Assembly: GCA_001642005.1 (NCBI GenBank)
Contig: LWCA01000316.1
Span: forward strand, 1 to 32,698
DNA length: 32,698 nucleotides
Direction: 5' to 3'
Origin: Intoshia linei
Lineage: Eukaryota > Animalia > Orthonectida
The translations under genes and the position numbers were made by a program. Shown here in pieces: positions 25,653 to 32,698 of the stretch. Below the pieces are notes generated by a model. The model was not told where the DNA came from. It made no database searches and worked only from the letters and a program-made list of their open reading frames with translations. The first letter of the stretch is position 1. Every line of letters begins with the position of its first letter.

Positions 25653-26078
25653 TTGATATTTTTAAAACTACAAAAATTAACTGTAAATTCGTATTAACAT
25701 TACACTTGCAGTTGGTTTCCAATATCTTTTTAAAATTGTTTATTTATACATCAATGTTTTTATTTACGACGAATTCGTTACATGAAATATTTAAATTATC
25801 TCATTCATCTTATGATTAATAGCTTGATCTCGAGCACGCGAGTACTGGTTCCAATGAGACGATTCAAATTTTAATTTTAATTATAAATTTCTTCTTCATT
25901 AAAATTATTTATTCATAAAATAAATTAATCGATAAAATTAAAACTTAAGTTAAACCGCTTGCAACCATATACACCTTGATACGGCCTTTTCATCAGCTTT
26001 TAAATACTTTTATAGTTTACAAAAAAATTTACAAATAAAATCACCAAATACATTGTAAAATTGAAGGTTAATTTAGAG

Positions 26079-26314
26079 CAGGGGTGCGCAACCATTCCAT
26101 CAATTTAGCCGTAAAGTTAATTTACTCATTGATACTACGGTCGCACAAAATATAATTTAACATTGGAGAGTTTAAATTCATTTTGATAAAAATATTTTCC
26201 TTGAATTTGAAATAAAATGATACATTGCATAAAGGAATGGATTGACCACGGCCGCATATAAACGCTCTTACGACCCACCAATTATTTTGTCGAGGAGCCG
26301 CCACTGTACACACG
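26079..26314. mobile_element. Degenerate hAT (Charlie/MER-like) MITE between the NHA and GATM 5' ends
   Basis: Starts caggggtgcgcaac, has internal ggccgc/gagccgc motifs and ends ...tgtacacacg. Flanks atttagag / cattagag match 6/8. Confidence 0.45.
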
Positions 26315-26598
26315 CATTAGAGTTGGTGTTGAATTTCATATTTTAATATTGAAAACTACTTTTAGTTTGATAATTTTTATACAATTTCATTTGTCTGTAA
26401 AATAAACAAATATTAACTAGGCATTCATTATTATGATTTGTCCAAATCTTCTTTAAATTTATTCTCAAGGTTAAAAATTTAAACTACTAGAAACCACTAT
26501 TGATTTATAAACAAACACATACACGGAAAATTTTATATTTTAGACTTGAAAATTAGACAAATATATACATATTATTTGATTTATCAATATTTTTTGTG

Positions 26599-29500
26599 AT
26601 GCTACTTTGTAAATTTATCCAATTGGCAAAAAATTGTGTTAAAAATTCAAACTTTTCTTTTATTCGGTCTAAATCTGTTGTATCGTCGTATAATGAATGG
26701 GATCCTTTGGAAGAAATCATTGTTGGAAGAGCAGAAGGATGCATGCATCCTCCAGCAACAAGGGAAACTAAGGTATTTATCCATATTTTAAAAAGTAAAT
26801 GAATTAAAATATTTAATGTATCATTGAATAATCTTTTTTAAGTAACTAGGTTGACAGTTATGTACTACGTACAAACAGCACCAAGCTCTGCCGAGGGCAC
26901 ATTTTTTATTATACCATTCATTCTGATATTAAAAATTATTTTTCACTGGGAATGCGTAGATTTCTAGGGTTGAAATTTTGTATCTATATCAACTAGAATA
27001 AATTCTATCAGAATAATTTTTTTTTTAATTTTCAGACCGTTAATTATTTCACATTTTTTGTTTTAATAATATATTTCGGAAAAATATATGATTTATATTA
27101 TATGATGTATATATAAATACTAAAATGCTTTTTTGACCGTGAAGGCTTCACTTATTTAGATTAAAATTTTTTGTGTGTGTTAACAGGATACAACTATACG
27201 ACCTATAATTTTTTTCAAATTCTAGGGCTGTTTTCATTAAAAACAGGGTAATTTGGGGTTTTGGACCCTAAAGATATAATTATTTTAAATTCTCTAAATC
27301 GTTTGATTTTCAAAAAAAAGACAATTGGGCTTTTTGACTCGTAAAATGTAAGTTTGGTAGGTTAAAATTTATCTTATTATACGTCCCGGAAAAAACTAAT
27401 TGAAATGTGGACTTTATAAAATTCTAAAACTGGTAGTTATTGAAATAAACGGTGACACACACACAAACGAATATTGCATAGAATATTATATAAGTAAGGA
27501 TATTAGTAGATATTATCAAACTTTTTCGTGCAGTAGTCACCTTAAAAATTTTATTCTATATGAAACCCGTAAGTTAAATCAATCTAAATATTTTTAAAGT
27601 AAAGATAAATTAAAAAAAATTTGACTGCCACTGCTCGAGAAAAATTGCAATATTTAAAATAGGGTTGGAAATCGATAAAAATATTTTTACCAATATAATC
27701 CTATAAGTATTTAAAAAATTTATAGCGGTAAATCCTTACTTACATTAGTAATTAAATTAAAAATATATGTCTGTTTATTTATTTGTTCCAGTATATTTAA
27801 ATAAAAAGTATGAGGATTTGAGTTTTAAAAAATGAATATTTCTGTAACAGTTTTTTGAGTTGTATTTTTTATCACAAATTTAATTTTCAAAAACACCAAT
27901 TATCATTATTATACAAAATCTTATAAAGATTTTAAAATCATTAACATTATCATAAATTTCAATTTTTAATAAATAAATGTTACATCTTCACAGCCATAGC
28001 CCCAATTACTTTTTTTTCAAAATCAAAAATGTCTTATAATTTTATGCAACATAAATTGTGGAATAGGTTTTAAAAAAAATTGTTTAATAAATCACAAACC
28101 CAAAAAAGTTCATTTTCTCGATAAAAACCACGATTACACTTTTTTTAAAAAATGAAAATAGTCTCAACGCCCTAATAACATCTCTAGATTTGATATTCAA
28201 CTTTGGTACACAAAATATTTATGATATACAAAATTATAATTTTTTTAAATTCTCATATTAAAAAAATGAATCCGAAGAAGGTTTAGCGTACGGCAGATTC
28301 CGCTCTACTCATTGTTCGATGCATTTTATGATATGTCAGTCTATATTTTAGCTGTTATTTTACATGTGATTTATAAATATTCGTATGATTAGATTTAAAA
28401 ATGGTTTTGCGGATGTCCAATGTAAAAAATGATTTATATAACTTTTTATTGAAATTTGTCAAAAATAATTTTATTGTTTACAGTTAATTATCCTTGAGAG
28501 CAATATCTATGCATGAAATTTTAATAAACGTTTCCAAAAAAATCTGTTACATATTGGTTTACTAACATTTACGTTTAGTAACATTTAGTAAATATTGATT
28601 TACGCATAAAATTGATAATATTTTTACGGGATTTCCCTTAGACTAAGTTGGTCGCTTGCGAGTTTAATACATCCTTATAACTAACAACTTATAAACAGAA
28701 TTAATAATGGGAAAGATTTAACCTTCATCTTTTATTTTAATTTCAAATATCAATATAACCGTATAATTTTATCTTATCAGATTTAACAATGCTTACTGAT
28801 ATAAAATAATTTAGTCAAAAATGTAAGTTGTTTATTTATTTGACCCAGTTTGTTTTAGAAAGTAGGGGGAGTCGAGTTTTACAAATTCTATATTCTTATA
28901 AAACTTTTTCCAGAGTGATGTTTTATCGCAAATTTCAATATCAGAGATTTAGTTTTAAATTCAAACCTGTTTTAGAATTATAAAAAATACACATTATTAT
29001 AAAAATTTTTAAATTCATTAATATTATGATAATTTTCAATTTCAAAATATTATATCTTCACGGCCTAAATTACCCATTTTTGTAAAAATTAAAAAAGTCT
29101 TATAATTTTATACAACATAAATTCTGGGATGGTTTTTAAATTCATAAGCATTGTTATTAATAGTAACTTAAAAAAACGTAATTTTAACGATCAAAAACTC
29201 AGATTACTATTTTTTAAAAATGAAAGCAGCCCTAAAGTTTAAAGAAATTTTTATCATATAGTTATGTCCAGTTAACACACACAAAAAATTTCATATTGTC
29301 AAAGTGGCGCCTTCACCGTCAAAAAAGCATTTATTAAAAAAGATTTAGTATTATTTATTTTTTTATTTTGATAATATTTTATTAAAACATAAAATTTTAA
29401 ATAATTATTAATTATAATTAACGGTACAACAATTAAAAAAAGGAAAAAAATAAAATATATTTTCGAAAAAAAATGAATTTATTGGAATTGGTTCAAGATA

Positions 29501-32500
29501 TTTTAACTATTTTTATTTAATTATTTTTACAGTTGTATTATTAAATATATAGTCATAAATAAGGTCCTTCGTGTATAATAAAATATGTATATATCGATAG
29601 AGAACACCTATAATTATGTAAAAAATATACATTATTTGTAAATAATATATTCCAGATACGGATAACTAAAGAAAATTGGGAGAAATTTCAATTGAAGGCA
29701 TCCACACCATATCCGTCTGATGTAGTAAATAAAGCTAAAAAACAAGTCGATGAATTCATTAATGTATTGAAAGGAGAAGGAGTGGTAGTTAGAAGACCAG
29801 AAAAAATAGATTATACCAAAATGGGAAAATATAAAACCCCCAATTTCGAATCTACAGGTATATTAAGGTCCAACATACCACCATTTAGTACATAAATATT
29901 TGAATTAGGCATTACATATTATAAGGCGCGTCACATCAATATTTTTCGTATATACATATTCTGTATTAGATGCATAATTGTATAGTACAGTCAGAGTCGA
30001 ACCTACCAACCTCGACACCACCGACAATGAATAGTAGACCTTAAAATTTTTGCACAAACTATGCATAGTGTCATATAACCCTAACGACCTCTCTAAGTTT
30101 CTTGACTTGATATTTTAAATTTAACACAAAAAATAGTGTGATATGAAAGACTATAATATTTTTAATGTTCAATTTGAAAAATGATGCCCCATTTTACTAA
30201 AATTTCGATGGTAAAAACTAAAAAAAACTAAAAAGGAACGGTAGGTTCGGAACTGAGTACAGTAATTGTATTTGAAAAATCGATTTTTAAATGAAACTTG
30301 AAATTATATTGGACACAGTCCAATAGACACCTATAACTTAGACATATATGTGAACCAATCTGCTGTCTCTTTACTTACTTTACCGTACATCTTGACTTGA
30401 TCACGAATTTGTAAGTAATAAACATTACCCCTCTAATTTATCATTCAGATATTCAGTGAAACCTCTTTAGAGTAAAAACGATTTTGCAATTTTATAGAAT
30501 AATTTGTTTTTTGGAATATCAAAACAATGTAATAAAGAGAGTATTTTTTATTGTTGACTTCAAAAAGCATTTTAGAAATGATATATATTTTTTCCGAAAT
30601 ATTTTATTAAAACAAAAATGTAAAATAATTAACGGTCCGAAAATTAAAACAAAAGATTATTCTGATAAAGCTTGTTGATATATATAATTTATTTTCAATT
30701 TTTTTAAAATTTGTACACATTTCCATAATTGAGATGTAACTTGTTTAAATCGGTGTTTAATATATAAATTAGTCCATTATTTCTTAAACTAGGTTTTGCC
30801 TATAATTTTCAAATATACAGCGAAAGTGCTTGGAATTATTCCATATTTTAATTTTAATGTTTTCTACAATCAAATTAAAAATATTTAGTTAAACATTTTT
30901 TATTTGATTTTGCAACGCGATTTTAATTGAAATAGGCTCCGATCAGAAATATTTTTCTAGTCAATGTATTAGTCGATCTCATCAAAAAAAACTTGGGCAC
31001 CCTTATTATAGACGATTACGTATAAAGAGGTTTCAAAGTATTAGCAATTTCAATTACTTAGTAACGTAAAATTATTATTTAATAATACTATAGGTAGGTA
31101 CTGCCCATACAAAATATCTATTTTATTTATAAAAAATTTATAAAATTAGGATATATTAATACGTGTCCTCGTGATGGAACACTAATAATTGGAGAAGAAA
31201 TAATTGAAGCACCCATGTCCTTTAAAAGTAGATATTTTGAAACTGAACCAATGAAGGATTTATTTAATGAATATTTTGAAGGAGGTGCCAAATGGACATT
31301 AGCTCCAAAGCCACGTATGAAGAGCGACTTATACTATAAAGTAATTTTGAAAAAAAATACATTGAAAGTGGGAATAAAGAAATATAGAAGAAGGCGGGAA
31401 CTTAGACAAATTGTAATAGAAGTATATTTACATTAGAGTAAATAAATTCCTTCACATAGCAGTGATGTATCAAGGATAAACTCACCCAATATCCAAATAA
31501 CCGTTTTTGATTTATTTTTTGATTTTCACCAATTCAAAACAATTAGATCTCACGAATAATTTTTTATATTCATATCAAATATTAGAAAATGGTCCCATAG
31601 AAAACTTTAATTTTAAAAATTAATTGTTACTTAAAATGTTAGTCTGTCTGTGTATCTGTGTAACCATTTATTGAGACGAATGACAGACCCGTAAATTTCA
31701 AAAACAAAAATTATAGGTCATTTTTTTCGACGCAGAAAACATAATAAAATGAAAACTATAAAATTTCAATTTAAATACTTGCATCTTCACAGCCAAAACC
31801 CAAATTACCCATTATTTAGTAAAATGAATAAACCTAATAGTTCTAGAATTTAAAAAAATTTGAATATGACAAACTAACTTCTTAGGGATTAAGGAATTTA
31901 CCATTTACTTAAAGAATTCATAATTTTCATCAAAATTTTTTAAAAAATATCTCCATTTTATTATTATTCGGATCAAAGTGTCATTATTAAATTAACAAAT
32001 TTTTTTACAATGTAAATGTTGTACAGTAGACGCTATTCATAACAACACTTTCCATTACAACATTATTCTAGAACATTTTGAAAATGATATTAATTTTTAA
32101 CATTTTCTATAGTAAATGTATAGAAAATCACTTTATCCTAGTACAACAATTAACTCCTCCTATAAGTGACANCATTACAACATTATTCTAGAACAACATT
32201 TTGAAAATGATATTGATTTTTAACATTTTCTATAGTAAATGTATAGAAAATCACTTTATCCTAGTACAACAATTAACTCCTCCTATAAGTGACACATCAT
32301 AATTTTATGTTGAATAATTAGTCCACAAGTGGTCCATGTGGACCACTTTGGGAACTTCAGTAGACTCTACTATATTGTATGTTTTTCTCTGGCTGTAAAT
32401 ATCTAATACAATTAACGATACATAATTTTAGAATTTTCCATATTATGATATTAAAGAACGTACAAAGCTATTACACGAGGGGAAGTATGGCTTAACCGAA

Positions 32501-32569
32501 AAAGAAGTTGCTTTTGATGCAGCTGATATAATTAGATTTGGAAAAGATATATTTGTTTATCGTACCATT
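26599..32569 (+). CDS. GATM: Glycine amidinotransferase (AGAT), exons 1-4; the gene continues beyond the window
   Basis: Exons 26599-26772, 29656-29857, 31150-31340, 32432-32569. Motifs [87 protein letters not shown]. The basic, acid-free N-terminus resembles a mitochondrial presequence. Confidence 0.95.
26993..27500 (-). mobile_element. Full-length non-autonomous Helitron-like element (508 bp)
   Basis: Minus strand reads A|TCCTTACTTATATAATATT...TTTGTGTGTGTGTC ... ATTCTGATAGAATTTATTCTAG|T: 5' TC, 3' CTAG, inserted between A and T, no TSD, with a 5' microsatellite typical of non-autonomous Helitrons. The 3' hairpin is weak. Confidence 0.7.
27860..29430 (+). repeat. Two or more diverged partial copies of the same Helitron-like family in GATM intron 1
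   Basis: catcttcac(a/g)gcc...aaa(t/a)gtcttataattttat(g/a)caacataaatt occurs at ~27980-28060 and ~29050-29130. gttaacacacacaaaaaattt...cttcaccgtcaaaaaagcattt at 29270-29335 matches 16300-16360. Confidence 0.6.
29988..30259. mobile_element. pogo/Tigger-like MITE
   Basis: TA|cagtcagagtcgaacctacc ... ggtaggttcggaactgagta forms an imperfect TIR. The same TIR motif (cggtaggttcggctctg) recurs at ~19832-19848. Confidence 0.55.
30555..30675 (+). repeat. 3' fragment of the Helitron-like family
   Basis: aaaaagcattttag...aataattaacggtccgaaaattaaaacaaaagattattctgata matches 16345-16455. Confidence 0.65.
32053..32293. repeat. ~120-bp tandem duplication split by a single N (probable assembly artefact)
   Basis: cattacaacattattctagaac...cctataagtgaca occurs at 32053-32171 and again from 32173. 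N is at 32172. Confidence 0.85.
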
Positions 32570-32698
32570 GTAATTTGTTAAATTTTACGTAAAATATTGG
32601 TGTTAAATATTTATATATGTTACAGGCAGTTTGAAAATCCAGGCAATTTGAATTATTAGTCACGTTGCTATTTAACCTAATTAATTAGAGTAAAATAA

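Noticed and set aside
27400-27597. 65-aa ORF, and similar short ORFs at 4562, 26122 and 30484
   Set aside because: They lie within MITE/Helitron repeats, are low-complexity AT-rich translations and mostly have non-ATG starts.
1-32698. CRISPR arrays, tRNA/rRNA genes, prokaryotic operons, alternative genetic code
   Set aside because: None seen. The resolved exons of all genes splice and translate with the standard code, and the repeats lack repeat-spacer structure.

Overview
This is AT-rich eukaryotic (metazoan) genomic DNA with GT-AG spliceosomal introns. Intron sizes are bimodal: many are 33-60 bp, while others are expanded to kilobases by transposon remnants. The compactness and protein divergence resemble a reduced parasite genome such as the orthonectid Intoshia, but this is inference only. 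By manual splicing with phase checks I reconstruct, in order: a frameshifted Ty3/Gypsy integrase relic; a 4xIg-2xFN3-TM adhesion gene of the Borderless/Turtle (IgSF9) type (-); SF3B3 (-); a C8orf82/UPF0598 homologue (+) head-to-head with SF3B3; a RAB5IF/OPTI homologue (+) that the ORF track misses; SGF29 (-); an SLC9B/NHA Na+/H+ antiporter (-); and the first four exons of glycine amidinotransferase GATM (+). Introns and intergenic DNA carry hAT-type and Tc1/pogo-type MITEs, a multi-copy non-autonomous Helitron-like family and a ~150-bp tandem repeat. I found no convincing wholly new biological system. The best leads are the tight SF3B3/C8orf82/RAB5IF cluster, the extended RAB5IF C-terminus, GATM retention, the unresolved structured 5' end of SGF29 and the Helitron rearrangement.
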